A stretch of DNA of 64,000 nucleotides, taken from positions 1,056,001 to 1,120,000 of the forward strand of contig CAWIBO010000002.1 of assembly GCA_963834385.1 (NCBI GenBank). The letters run 5' to 3'. Below are positions 1 through 13,354 of this stretch, piece after piece. Within the stretch, counting starts at the first letter, position 1, and each line of letters begins with the position of its first letter. The notes under the pieces were generated by a model, which searched no databases, was not told where the DNA came from, and was given only the letters and a program-made list of their open reading frames with translations. The stretch comes from an uncultured Verrucomicrobiae bacterium (GTDB taxonomy: Bacteria; Verrucomicrobiota; Verrucomicrobiia; Chthoniobacterales; UBA10450). The position numbers and the translations under genes were made by a program.

Positions 1-624
1 GCCCCGCCGGGGGAGGTCACCTTTTCCCGCAGCCTTCCGCTCTCCAAGGCGCTCGATGATGTTCTTCTCGTCTACGAGATGAACGGGGAACCGCTCACGG
101 CCGAGCACGGTTATCCACTGCGCGCCATTGTCCCCGGTTGGTATGCCATGGCCTCGGTCAAATGGCTGCGCCGGATCATTGTCACCGACCAGCCTTTCGA
201 TGGTTATTATCAGACCCTCGATTACGCCTACTGGGACCGCCAGCAGGGACCGCCCACGCGGGTGGCTTTGAGCGAGATGGCGGTGAAAGCGCAGATCGCG
301 ACCCCGCGCGATGGCGAGACGATCCCCGCGCGGACGTCGGTTCACATCAAGGGCGCCGCCTGGAGCAGCACACGGATCGAACGGGTTGAGTTGAGCACCG
401 ATGGCGGAAAGACCTGGAACGCGGCCACGTGCACCGGCCCGGCCGAGCCCAACGCCTGGCAGCTCTGGGAGTTCGCCTGGACCACCCCGGACCAGGCCGG
501 AGAATGCGAATTGATGGCCCGCGCTTTCGACGAAAAGGGCAACTCCCAGCCGCCCCAGCACGACAAGGATCGTGGGAATTATATGATCAACCGGACGGTG
601 CCGGTCCGGGTGAAAATCCGTTAG
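1..624 (+). CDS. Sulfite oxidase-family molybdopterin oxidoreductase (5'-truncated by window edge)
   Basis: Frame open from base 1 (…FSRSLPLSKALDDVLLVYEMNGEPLTAEHGYPLRAIVPGWYAMASVKWL), followed by a Mo-co dimerisation domain (VELSTDGGKTW, ARAFDEKGNSQP). Confidence 0.9.
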   Translation, partial: APPGEVTFSRSLPLSKALDDVLLVYEMNGEPLTAEHGYPLRAIVPGWYAMASVKWLRRIIVTDQPFDGYYQTLDYAYWDRQQGPPTRVALSEMAVKAQIATPRDGETIPARTSVHIKGAAWSSTRIERVELSTDGGKTWNAATCTGPAEPNAWQLWEFAWTTPDQAGECELMARAFDEKGNSQPPQHDKDRGNYMINRTVPVRVKIR

Positions 625-796
625 AAATGCTGCCTGGCCTTCCTTTGTGACTGGACACGCCGTTTCCAAAAGAGCGGCCCGACCAGAATGTCCACGGCCT
701 GGCGTCGGCGCCTTTTTTGCGCTTCTCCTCGTCAGGCTCCTGCCGGCTCGCGCGCACGCGGTGCGCGGTTCCCATTGGATAACCTAGGCGAATAGC

Positions 797-1711
797 ATGC
801 ACGGAGAACTCGCACGCCGGACGCTGATGAGCGCACGCGGACACCATCATTTTGCGGAGGTGGAGGGGTTGCCACTCTCGCTCAAATGCATGTTCAATGG
901 CCGCGCCCGTTATCAAGTCGGACGCGCCGAGTTCTGTGTCGACGACGCCGGGTTCATGATCTTGAACGAAGGGCGGCGCTACACGATCGAGATCGCCTCG
1001 CCCACCTGCGTGCAGAGTTTCATCTTCTGGTTTCCCCGCGGCTGGGCGGAAGAAGTCGCACGAAGTCTGACGACGGCAACTGCCGGGCAATTGGATTCGT
1101 GCGGGGCGAGCGACGACGCACCCATCGAATTTTTCTCGCGCTACATTCCAAATGATCGCCTGGTGATGCCGCGGGTCCGCGCAATCATCGCCGCCTGGAA
1201 CTCCGGACAATCGATCGAGAATTGCTGGCTTGAGGAGCGGCTGCGTGGAGTCCTGGCCGCGCTGTGGCAGACGGAGCGCGGTTTCGGCGGCGCGACGGAC
1301 AGCCTTAAGAATGCCCGGGCGGCGACGCGCGAGGAGCTGTTGCGACGGTTGCAGCGCGGGCGCGATTTCCTGCATGCACAGGCCAGTAACAATGGTGTCA
1401 GCCTTTCAAAAGTTGCGGAGGTGGCCTGTCTTTCACCGTTTCATTTTCTCCGCAGCTTCAAGCAGGCGTTTGGACTCACACCGCACCAGTTCCTGACGCG
1501 TTGTCGAGTCGATCGGGCGAAGTTTCTCCTCGCGCGTACTGCCCTTCCCATCACGGATATCTGTTACGACGCCGGCTTTCTGAGTCTCGGCTCGTTCACC
1601 ACGCTCTTCCATCGCGTGACCGGCCAGCCGCCGCGCGCGTGGCGGCGAGCACATTCCTGCGGCGTCTCCGAGAATCGCAAGATTCGAGAAGTTTTCCTCA
1701 CGGGGGCCTGA
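797..1711 (+). CDS. AraC family transcriptional regulator
   Basis: C-terminal AraC HTH: VACLSPFHFLRSFKQAFGLTPHQF…ITDICYDAGFLSLGSFTTLF. Confidence 0.92.
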   Translation: MHGELARRTLMSARGHHHFAEVEGLPLSLKCMFNGRARYQVGRAEFCVDDAGFMILNEGRRYTIEIASPTCVQSFIFWFPRGWAEEVARSLTTATAGQLDSCGASDDAPIEFFSRYIPNDRLVMPRVRAIIAAWNSGQSIENCWLEERLRGVLAALWQTERGFGGATDSLKNARAATREELLRRLQRGRDFLHAQASNNGVSLSKVAEVACLSPFHFLRSFKQAFGLTPHQFLTRCRVDRAKFLLARTALPITDICYDAGFLSLGSFTTLFHRVTGQPPRAWRRAHSCGVSENRKIREVFLTGA

Positions 1712-1723
1712 TAGGCTGCCCGC

Positions 1724-2257
1724 ATGATTGCATCCTTCCCCGCCGCGAAGCGGCACCTCGCGCGCAAACATTTCCTCCAGGCCCTCGGTCTCGCGGCCGC
1801 CGGTTTTTTTCTTACTGGGCGCAGAGCCGGTGCGCAGTCGACGCCCGCCGGACAGGTGACCGGCGCGCCGGACCGCCTCCCGCAGATCGAAGCCGATCTG
1901 ATCAGGCGCTTTGTCATTGCCGGACACGCGAACCTTGACCTCGTGCAACAGATGCTGCGGGAGCAACCGGCACTGATAAACGCAACCTGGGACTGGGGAG
2001 GCGGGGATTACGAGACGGCCCTCGGCGGGGCTTCGCACATGGGCCGCCGCGACATCGCCGAATTGCTGCTCGCGAACGGCGCGCGCATCGATCTCTTCGC
2101 CGCCGCAGCGCTCGGCCGGATCGAGATCATTAAGGCCGCGGTCGCTGCCTACCCGGACATTGTGCATGTGCGCGGTCCGCATACGATCACCTTGCTGATG
2201 CACGCGCAGAAGGGCGGCTCGACAGAAGTGGTCGATTTCCTGAAGCCGCTCGTTTAG
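1724..2257 (+). CDS. Ankyrin-repeat-like protein with Tat-like signal
   Basis: N-terminal RKHFLQALGLAAAGFFL; ankyrin-like ETALGGASHMGRRDIAELLLANGA; starts 12 nt after the AraC gene. Confidence 0.75.
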   Translation: MIASFPAAKRHLARKHFLQALGLAAAGFFLTGRRAGAQSTPAGQVTGAPDRLPQIEADLIRRFVIAGHANLDLVQQMLREQPALINATWDWGGGDYETALGGASHMGRRDIAELLLANGARIDLFAAAALGRIEIIKAAVAAYPDIVHVRGPHTITLLMHAQKGGSTEVVDFLKPLV

Positions 2258-2271
2258 CCCCGCTGGCTGGT

Positions 2272-3147
2272 ATGCGTCCGACAGTTGCAGCGCTCTCGAT
2301 CAGCCTGTCGGCTGTGTGGCTCGTCTTCCCGGCTCCACTGTTGAAGGGAGAGCCAGCCAGTCGTTATGCCTCGTTCAAAAGTGGCAAAGTTCATTATTAC
2401 GATGTTGGCACGGGGAACGATGCGCTTTTCTTCGTCCATGGCTGGGCCTGCGACGCAACCTTCTGGCGCGAGCAGTACCATGCGTTTCCGAACCGGCGGG
2501 TCCTCGCCCTTGATTTACCCGGGCACGGGCGGAGCGGCAAACCACAAACCGCTTACACGATGGAGTTGTTTGCGCGCGCGATCGATGCCGTCCTGCAGGA
2601 CGCCAAGGTCGAGCGCGCCATAATTATTGGTCACAGCATGGGTGCACCGGTCGGACGCGAGTTCTACCGCATATTTCCCGAGAAAACGACCGCGCTGGTG
2701 ATTATCGACGGCGCCTTGAGGCGAATGTTCTCCTCCGAACAAGCGCAACGCCTTCAGGAGCAGCTGCGTTCCGACTATCCAGCGACCGCGCGCCGCATGG
2801 TCGATGGAATGCTCATGCCGGTTCGCGACGCGAGCCTCCGCCATCAGGTTCGAGAAGTGATGCTCGCCACTCCCGGGCACGTTGCGGTGAGCGCGATGCA
2901 AGCAATGACGAACGAGGCGAGTTACCATGGCGATCCAATCAAGGTCCCTTTGCTTGCGGTCCTGGCGAAGTCGCCGTTCTGGGCGCCTGATACCGAGCAG
3001 TTCCTGCGTTCGCTCGCGCCCGATCTCGAATTCCACATGATGGAGGACGTGAGCCATTTTCTTATGCTGGAAAAGCCTGATGAACTGAACACCCTGATCC
3101 GTGATTTCATCGCCCGGCGAGAGCCACGTCAGCTTCCCTCGCCCTGA
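2272..3147 (+). CDS. Secreted alpha/beta hydrolase
   Basis: HGW, DLPGHGRS, nucleophile GHSMG and C-terminal SHFLMLE; hydrophobic signal peptide. Confidence 0.9.
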   Translation: MRPTVAALSISLSAVWLVFPAPLLKGEPASRYASFKSGKVHYYDVGTGNDALFFVHGWACDATFWREQYHAFPNRRVLALDLPGHGRSGKPQTAYTMELFARAIDAVLQDAKVERAIIIGHSMGAPVGREFYRIFPEKTTALVIIDGALRRMFSSEQAQRLQEQLRSDYPATARRMVDGMLMPVRDASLRHQVREVMLATPGHVAVSAMQAMTNEASYHGDPIKVPLLAVLAKSPFWAPDTEQFLRSLAPDLEFHMMEDVSHFLMLEKPDELNTLIRDFIARREPRQLPSP

Positions 3148-3293
3148 TCCTGGGCCGGGCGCCGTTGACGCGCGGCTGCTGACGTCGCGCATGTTCACCG
3201 TAAAGTGCCGGGCCGGGTGAAAATCCGCTAGAAGCGGACATCCGGCATTCTCCCTTGCTGGGGCTTGCGGGCGGGCCGTATCTTGCCGATACC

Positions 3294-4157
3294 ATGAAAA
3301 CGAACCCCGCTGACTACGTTCACCCCGATGCGCTGGTGGAGGCCGATTGGCTGGAACAACACAAGGGGGACGAGGGGATCCGCGTGGTCGAATCGAACGA
3401 GGATATCCTGCTCTATGACACCGGCCATATCCCGGGGGCGGTGCATATCGACTGGCGCGCCGACCTGCAGGACCCGGTGGTGCGCGATTACATTACCCCG
3501 GAAAAATTTGCCGAGCTCTGCCGCCGGCACGGGATCACGCCGGAAACCACCTGTGTTTTCTACGGCGACAAGGCGAACTGGTGGGCCTGCTACGCGCTCT
3601 GGGCCTTTCGCCTCTTCGGCCATGAGAAAGTGAAAATCCTCAATGGCGGCCGCGATAAATGGAAGGCGGACGGCCGCCCCATGACGCGCGAGGTGCCAAA
3701 ATACGCGCCGTCCGACTACCCGGTGCCGAAGAAGCGGCTCGACCGGGAAATCCGGGCCTTCGCCGACGACGCCCTCGCCCAGAGCAAGGCGAAGAAGCCG
3801 CTCATCGATGTGCGTTCCCCGGGGGAATTCAAGGGCGACGTCACCCACATGCCCGAATATCCGCAGGAGGGCGTGCTGCGCGGCGGCCATATTCCCGGCG
3901 CCAAAAGTGTGCCCTGGAAGACGGCGACCAACGACGACGGCACGTTCAAGTCAGCGGAGGAGCTGCGGAAAATTTACTTCGAGGGCTGCGGCCTCGACGA
4001 AAAGACGGACACGGTGGTTTATTGCCGGATCGGCGAACGTTCCAGCCACACCTGGTTCGTCCTGACCTACCTTCTTGGCCTGCCCAATGTCCGCAACTAC
4101 GACGGTTCCTGGACGGAATGGGGCAACCGGGTGGGCGTGCCGATTGAAAAAGGCTAA
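3294..4157 (+). CDS. sseA: Thiosulfate/3-mercaptopyruvate sulfurtransferase (tandem rhodanese, SseA/CysA type)
   Basis: GHIPGA twice, active site [18 protein letters not shown]; start set at ATG 3294. Confidence 0.93.
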   Translation: MKTNPADYVHPDALVEADWLEQHKGDEGIRVVESNEDILLYDTGHIPGAVHIDWRADLQDPVVRDYITPEKFAELCRRHGITPETTCVFYGDKANWWACYALWAFRLFGHEKVKILNGGRDKWKADGRPMTREVPKYAPSDYPVPKKRLDREIRAFADDALAQSKAKKPLIDVRSPGEFKGDVTHMPEYPQEGVLRGGHIPGAKSVPWKTATNDDGTFKSAEELRKIYFEGCGLDEKTDTVVYCRIGERSSHTWFVLTYLLGLPNVRNYDGSWTEWGNRVGVPIEKG

Positions 4158-4197
4158 AGCGGCTGCGCCGGCCGGAATTTCGAGGTAGCATGCGGGC

Positions 4198-4662
4198 GTG
4201 AGCCCGTATCCGCCCAAGCTGGATAATATTATCAGCCTGTTCGAGTCCCTCCCGGAGGATGAACGCCGGGAAACGCTCGTTTCCTATGCCGACAGCGCGC
4301 AAAAACAGGAGCCGCGCGAGGGCGAAACGTTTGCCCTCGAGGATGTGCGAAAGGACGAGGAATGCGCCGACACCGTCGGGGTTTACCTGCAGGTGGATGA
4401 CGTCGGAAAGGCGCACTTTCGGATGACCCTTGGGCCGGAGGTGCAGACGCTGACCCGGGCGATGGCCTCGATCCTCTGCAAGGGGCTGGAGGGGGTCACG
4501 CCCCAGGAAGTGCTGGATCTTCCGAGCGATTTCGTCACCCGCATCGTTGGGGCCGAACTGGTGCGGGTGCGCAGCCAGACCACCTATTACATCCTGACCC
4601 GGATGAAGGGGATTTGTAAGGTTTACCTCGACCGGGAACGGCGGGCGGCCAGCGCCGCCTAG
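4198..4662 (+). CDS. sufE: SufE family sulfur-acceptor protein
   Basis: Single conserved Cys (DEECADTV), C-terminal [14 protein letters not shown]; follows the sulfurtransferase. Confidence 0.75.
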   Translation: MSPYPPKLDNIISLFESLPEDERRETLVSYADSAQKQEPREGETFALEDVRKDEECADTVGVYLQVDDVGKAHFRMTLGPEVQTLTRAMASILCKGLEGVTPQEVLDLPSDFVTRIVGAELVRVRSQTTYYILTRMKGICKVYLDRERRAASAA

Positions 4663-4733
4663 GCCGTGGCCCCAGGCCTTCCGCCGGATTCATCCGTGAC
4701 GCGGTCCTCTTTTCGCCTAAAGTTCGCGCGCCG

Positions 4734-7952
<3,219 letters not shown>

Positions 7953-7990
7953 TTCGACAGCGCCGCGGCTTCGTGTCACAGGTGCTGGGA

Positions 7991-8600
7991 ATGAAACGCA
8001 TAATGCTCTGTGGGCTGTTCGTGGTTGCGCTCGGCCTCACCCAGGGCTGCCAGGAAACAAAACAGGAGACCGTGACAATGGATAAACCCGCCGATACAGC
8101 GAATGAAGTGGCCGTGATCAAGACCAGCGAAGGAGAAATGGTGGCCGAGTTCTGGCCCGACGTGGCCCCGAAAACCGTCGAGAACTTCAAGAAACTCGCC
8201 CGCGAAGGCTTTTATGATGGCACCGCCTTCCATCGCGTCATCAAGGGTTTCATGATCCAGGGGGGCGACCCTTTGACGAAAGACGACAGCAAACAGGCGC
8301 GCTGGGGCACGGGCGATCCCGGTTACAAGGTAAAGGCGGAGTTCAATGACGAAGCCGCACGTTCGCGGCGTTCTCTCCATGGCCCGCTCGCAGAATCCCG
8401 ATTCCGCCGGGAGCCAGTTTTTCATCTGCCACGGCGACCCGCGCTTTCTCGACCGGCAATACACCGCCTTTGGAAAATTGATCAAGGGCGACGAGGTCCT
8501 CGAGAAAATTGCCACCACTCCCACCACCAATCCCGACCGCCCGCTCAAGCGGATGAACGTCGAGAGCGTCAAGATCGTCCCGCGCGATTCCATCCAGTAG
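7991..8600 (+). CDS. Cyclophilin-type peptidyl-prolyl isomerase, probable lipoprotein (+1 frameshift near 8351)
   Basis: APKTVENF, FHRVIKGFMIQGGDP in one frame; continues KPHVRGVLSMARSQNPDSAGSQFFI in the next; one extra G in GAC-G-AAG. Confidence 0.92.
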
Positions 8601-8618
8601 ACCGCTCGCTGCCCGGCC

Positions 8619-9507
8619 ATGTCCGCCACCGAGAAAACAAAGGTCGCGCTCATCCAGATGCGCTGCAGCGCGGACCCGGACGAGAACCTCCGGCGCGCGC
8701 TTGAGTTTATCCGGAAGGCGGCCGGCGAAGGCGCTAACATCGTCTGTCTCCCGGAACTCTTCCGCTCCGAGTATTTCTGCCAGTCGGAGGACCACGCCAA
8801 CTTCGCGCTGGCCGAGGAAATCCCCGGGCCGAGCACACGGGCGCTCGAGCCGGTCGCGCGCGAGCTGAAGACGGTCATCGTCGCTTCGCTTTTTGAGAAG
8901 CGAACGGCCGGTCTTTATCACAATACCGCCGTGGTGATCGACGCTGACGGCCGCACCGTCGGAAAGTATCGCAAGATGCACATCCCTGATGACCCGGCCT
9001 TCTATGAGAAGTTCTACTTCACCCCGGGCGACCTCGGTTTCCAGGCCTTCGATACCGCCGAAGGCAAGGTGGGCGTCTGCGTCTGCTGGGACCAGTGGTA
9101 TCCGGAGGCCGCCCGCCTCACCGCTCTGCGCGGCGCCGGCATTCTCTTTTATCCCACCGCCATCGGCTGGCACCCGGCGGAAAAGGCGAAGTTTGGGGCA
9201 GCGCAACATTCCGCCTGGGAAACGATGCAGCGGAGCCACGCTATCGCGAACGGTTGTTTCGTTTGCGCGGCCAACCGCATCGGACACGAGATCGCCGGTC
9301 GGCCCGCCCGGGCTCGAGTTCTGGGGACAAAGTTTTATTTGCGCGCCCAGCGGCGAAATTCTGGCGAAAGGCAGCGTCGACCAGGAGGAAATCGTCGCGG
9401 CCGAAGTCGAGTGGAAACGGGTGGACGAACATCGCACCCACTGGCCCTTCCTGCGCGATCGCCGCATCGACGCCTACGGCGGGATCGAGCAGCGCTTGCT
9501 GGACTAG
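8619..9507 (+). CDS. aguB: N-carbamoylputrescine amidase / carbon-nitrogen hydrolase (+1 frameshift near 9291)
   Basis: LPELF, YRKMHIPDDP, EKFYFTPGDLGF, CWDQWYPEAAR; C-terminus EFWGQSF…WPFLRDRRIDAY lies in the shifted frame. Confidence 0.9.
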
Positions 9508-10739
9508 TCGGTCGTCCGAAAGGGATTCCGCGGATCATCCCGGATCGGCTCCCGTTTCCGGAACAAGGAGAGCCCTTTTTGCAACCGCGCTCGCACCGGC
9601 GAAGCGGGATGCGCAAGACGCAGGGCGCGTTGCTGGATGCTGGCGGCTTCCTCGAACCGTCCTGCCTCTGCGTGAGCCGCGGCCAGGATCTCCAGAAGGG
9701 CCGGGTCCGGTCCGTCGCTCGATTCCATGGCCCGGAGAGCGTGCCTGAGTGCCCGGGCGCCGCTTCGCTCCCGCTTTTCCGGGCAGGTGGCGAGAAACCA
9801 GGCCAGGGCTCCCTGCGCTTCTGCCTCTTCCGGATTCTTATCCGCCAACCGGCGGTAAATCGCGCCCGCCAGATCGAAGCGTCGGCCATGCTCGTGCAGA
9901 CGCGCTTTTCCCAGGAGGGATCCCATATCGTTCGGGATAAGTTTCAGGGAAGCGTTGAGATCCTCCGTCGCTTCCGGTAACCGCCCCAGATTCAGGTTGG
10001 CCATGCCGCGCAGATACCTGGCTCGCTGGCTCCGCGGTTCGCGTTTCAGGATTTCATCGGCGTCCGCGATCGTTCCGGGCAGATCATTGCATTCCCATCG
10101 CGCATCGGCACGCGTTGGGTAGGAATTGATATGCTCCGGGTCCAGCCGGACCGCCTCGTCCGCATCCTCGAGTGCGCCCTTGCAATCACCCTGCTCCAGC
10201 CGCACCCAGCTCCGGTAGGCTCTGGGCTCGGCCGCGCGGTCATCCAGTCGGATCGCTTCGTTGAAGTCCCACAGCGCGCTTTTGTTATCGCCATCACGAA
10301 AACGCAGGAGCCCGCGCTGGGCAAGGAGCCGGGACTCATCCGGATAGCGCGCAATCGCATCGGTTAACAACCGCATAGCGCTCGCGCGTTCGCCTTTATC
10401 CCAGGTTTCCCTCGACCGTTGCACCGCCTGCTCGACCGGGCCGGGAGCGGGGATCTCCGGGATCGGCGTCACCGGGATCCCGCGACGCAGGTTCGACCGC
10501 AGGGTGGATTCCTCCCGCAACGAGATGAAACTTTCCCTGACCTTGCGCGCCGCGATCGCCACAGGCCGCCTGATGGTGGCAAACCGGTCGTCAGGGCCGG
10601 GCGCATCCGGCGAATCCTGCAGCACGAGGCGGACAAAGCCGGCGGAAGCGAGAAGAAACAGGGCGCAGCACGCCAGAACCACAAACCGTCGGACCACGCG
10701 AACATGATTAGCGAGGCCATTTGTGTCGGGCGACAACAA
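9504..10739 (-). CDS. Tetratricopeptide-repeat protein with N-terminal membrane anchor
   Basis: Several TPR units (ALWDFNEAIRLD, ALEDADEAVRLDP), LAWFLATCP motif; start uncertain. Confidence 0.85.
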   Translation of the reverse strand: MLSPDTNGLANHVRVVRRFVVLACCALFLLASAGFVRLVLQDSPDAPGPDDRFATIRRPVAIAARKVRESFISLREESTLRSNLRRGIPVTPIPEIPAPGPVEQAVQRSRETWDKGERASAMRLLTDAIARYPDESRLLAQRGLLRFRDGDNKSALWDFNEAIRLDDRAAEPRAYRSWVRLEQGDCKGALEDADEAVRLDPEHINSYPTRADARWECNDLPGTIADADEILKREPRSQRARYLRGMANLNLGRLPEATEDLNASLKLIPNDMGSLLGKARLHEHGRRFDLAGAIYRRLADKNPEEAEAQGALAWFLATCPEKRERSGARALRHALRAMESSDGPDPALLEILAAAHAEAGRFEEAASIQQRALRLAHPASPVRARLQKGLSLFRKREPIRDDPRNPFRTTD

Positions 10740-10823
10740 ATTCTCGCTCTGCCCCCGGTTAATATCGGTAAAATCCCTACGCCCGGCGGCTTGCGCGGGC
10801 CCGGAACGGTCCCACGTTTACCC

Positions 10824-11363
10824 ATGAACAAGAAAACATCTCTTTTACTCGCGGGCGCTCTCAGCCTGCTCATGGCGGTGCCGGCCCTGGCCGCCGATGA
10901 CGACGTGATCATGGTCATCGCCACGCTGAACCCGACCGCCAAGAGCGACGTGAAGGGCCAGGTGACTTTCACCAAGGAAGGCGACGGCGTGAAGATCGTG
11001 GCCGATGTCACCGGCTTGAAACCGGGCAAGCACGGCTTTCACATTCATGAGTTCGGTGATTGCTCGGCCCCTGACGCCACCTCCGCCGGCGGCCATTTCA
11101 ATCCAACCGACGACCCACACGCCGGCCATGACGCCGAGAAGCGGCATATGGGCGACATGGGCAACATCGAGGCCGACGCCACCGGCAAAGCGCACGTCGA
11201 GTTGACCGACAAAATGATGAACCTCAAGCAGATCGTCGGGCACGCGGTCATTGTGCACGAGAAGGCGGATGACCTGAAATCGCAGCCCACCGGCGACGCG
11301 GGCGGCCGCGTGGCCTGCGGGGTGATCGGCTACGCCAAAGCGGCCGGCGACGATAAGAAATAG
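10824..11363 (+). CDS. sodC: Periplasmic Cu/Zn superoxide dismutase
   Basis: GKHGFHIHEFGDC, GGHFNP, HMGDMGN, GDAGGRVACGVI; signal peptide from ATG 10824. Confidence 0.96.
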   Translation: MNKKTSLLLAGALSLLMAVPALAADDDVIMVIATLNPTAKSDVKGQVTFTKEGDGVKIVADVTGLKPGKHGFHIHEFGDCSAPDATSAGGHFNPTDDPHAGHDAEKRHMGDMGNIEADATGKAHVELTDKMMNLKQIVGHAVIVHEKADDLKSQPTGDAGGRVACGVIGYAKAAGDDKK

Positions 11364-11396
11364 CGTTTCCGCCGGCTTTTCGGTTAAGTAGCCGGG

Positions 11397-12482
11397 ATGC
11401 CGTCCTCGTTGCCCCTCCTCACGCTGAGCGAAGTTCGCAAGGGCGTGCAGGGGGGTGGCGTGGAGGCGCGCGTCCATGTGCAGGTGGAGGCCGCCACCGC
11501 CAAATCAACGCGGGAAGGCAAACCCTACTGCGAACTGGTCCTGGCCGACGCCTGTGACCGCATGACGCTCCGGGTCTGGAGCGATCACGCCGACTACCGC
11601 GCCTGCGAAAAGCTGGCCACCGGCGAATTTATCGAGATCGCCGGGGAACTGGCGCACCATCAGCAGTTCGGTCTGGATGCGCGCAACTGGCGGACGCGCA
11701 AGCTGGAGCAAAAGGAGATCGAGGACCTTCTCGCCGGCCCGGCCGATTTGCGGGCGCGCCAGGCGACCGACTGGGATTTCATCAAGGCCAGCACGGCGAC
11801 CATCGCGGACCCGCGGTTGCGCGCGCTTTGCGCGGCCTTTCTGCGCGAGTGGGGCGATCGTTTCCGGCGGACGGCCGGGGCGCGCAGTTATCATCACGCG
11901 CGCCGGGGCGGTCTCGTTGAGCATACCGCGCAAATGATGCGGGTGGCCCTGCAAATTTCCCCGCTCTATCCCGCGCTCAACCTCGACCTGCTCCTCGCCG
12001 GCATTCTTTTCCACGATTCCGGCAAGCTCTGGGAGAATCATCTGCCTGAGAACGGCTTCACCATGGGTTACGAGGAACGGGGCGAACTCATGGGCCATAT
12101 CTCCATCGGGATCGAGCTGGTCAATTCGCTCTGGCGCGGCCTCCTCGTTTCTGACGAGGCCAAACAATGGACGTCGCTGGAGCCGGCCTCGGAGGATGTG
12201 CGCCTTCACCTTCTCCACCTCATTGGCGCCCACCACGGCGAACCCCAGTTCGGTTCGCCCGTCAGCCCGAAAACGCCGGAGGCCATGGCGCTCAACTACA
12301 TCGATAACCTCGATGCCCGCCTCGAGATGTTCGCCGGCGGCTACCAGACCGCCCGGCCCATCGCCCCGCGCATTTTCGACCGGGTCCGGCCGTTGCCCGG
12401 AAATCTTGTAAAACCGCTTGGTCGCTATCAGTCGGCACCCTCGAAAAGCGCGGATGATCCTCTGCCGGGGACATTGCTTTAA
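11397..12482 (+). CDS. YhaM/CBF1-like OB-fold + HD-domain 3'-5' exoribonuclease
   Basis: N-terminal OB fold (TREGKPY), YHHARRGGLVEHT, FHDSGK, AHHGEPQFGSP, YIDNLDA. Confidence 0.88.
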   Translation: MPSSLPLLTLSEVRKGVQGGGVEARVHVQVEAATAKSTREGKPYCELVLADACDRMTLRVWSDHADYRACEKLATGEFIEIAGELAHHQQFGLDARNWRTRKLEQKEIEDLLAGPADLRARQATDWDFIKASTATIADPRLRALCAAFLREWGDRFRRTAGARSYHHARRGGLVEHTAQMMRVALQISPLYPALNLDLLLAGILFHDSGKLWENHLPENGFTMGYEERGELMGHISIGIELVNSLWRGLLVSDEAKQWTSLEPASEDVRLHLLHLIGAHHGEPQFGSPVSPKTPEAMALNYIDNLDARLEMFAGGYQTARPIAPRIFDRVRPLPGNLVKPLGRYQSAPSKSADDPLPGTLL

Positions 12483-12511
12483 GCGCGCGCAAACCACCAT
12501 CAACCCTGCCT

Positions 12512-13333
12512 ATGAACACTCCCGCAAACCCAAACAAAGCTCTCTGGGAGAAAGGCGATTTCACCCGCATCGCCGCCACCATGCGCGAAAGCGGGGAGGC
12601 GCTTGTCGCGAAAAACGGCGTCAGCCAGGGCATGAAAATCCTTGATCTCGGCTGCGGCGACGGGACCACGGCCATCCCGGCCGCCCGGCTCGGCGCCGAC
12701 GTGCTCGGGATCGACATCGCGGCCAACCTCGTCGCGGCCGGAAACAAACGGGCGGAGGAACTGGCCCTGGGGAATTGCCGGTTCCAGGAAGGCGACGCCG
12801 CCAATCTCGCGGGCGTTCCGGACGCGTCCTTCGATCTCGTCGTCAGCGTCTTCGGCGCGATGTTCGCCCCCAAACCCTTCGAGGTCGCGAAGGAAATGGT
12901 GCGCGTGACCCGGCCCGGCGGCCGGATCATCATGGGCAACTGGATCCCGGGCGATCCGACGCTGGTCGCGCAGATCCTGAAGATCAGTTCCGCCTATACC
13001 CCTCCACCACCCGAGGGATTCGTCAGCCCGATGACCTGGGGTATCGAAAAGGAAGTAATCGAGCGTTTCACCGCTGCCGGCGTGGCCGAAGATAAAATCT
13101 CATTCGAACGCGACACCTTCACCTTCCACTATCCGGGCGAGCCCGCACAGTTCGTCGAGGAGTTCCGCAATTACTATGGGCCTACCATGAACGCGTTCGC
13201 CGCCGCCGAGAAGGAAGGGCGCGCGACAGAGCTGCAAAAGGAATTAGTGGAGCTGTTCACCCGCCAGAACCAGGGTGGCGAAGGTCACACCACCATCCCG
13301 GCCACCTTTCTCCGGGTCACGGTGCAGGTCTAG
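12512..13333 (+). CDS. Class I SAM-dependent methyltransferase
   Basis: LDLGCGDG, DASFDLVVSVFGAMFAP, RVTRPGG. Confidence 0.92.
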   Translation: MNTPANPNKALWEKGDFTRIAATMRESGEALVAKNGVSQGMKILDLGCGDGTTAIPAARLGADVLGIDIAANLVAAGNKRAEELALGNCRFQEGDAANLAGVPDASFDLVVSVFGAMFAPKPFEVAKEMVRVTRPGGRIIMGNWIPGDPTLVAQILKISSAYTPPPPEGFVSPMTWGIEKEVIERFTAAGVAEDKISFERDTFTFHYPGEPAQFVEEFRNYYGPTMNAFAAAEKEGRATELQKELVELFTRQNQGGEGHTTIPATFLRVTVQV

Positions 13334-13354
13334 AAGTCCAGAGCGGCAGCGTTG

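Noticed and set aside
8340..9310. Programmed frameshifting in the cyclophilin and aguB genes
   Set aside because: No slippery heptamer or stimulatory structure, and similar indels are scattered through unrelated genes.
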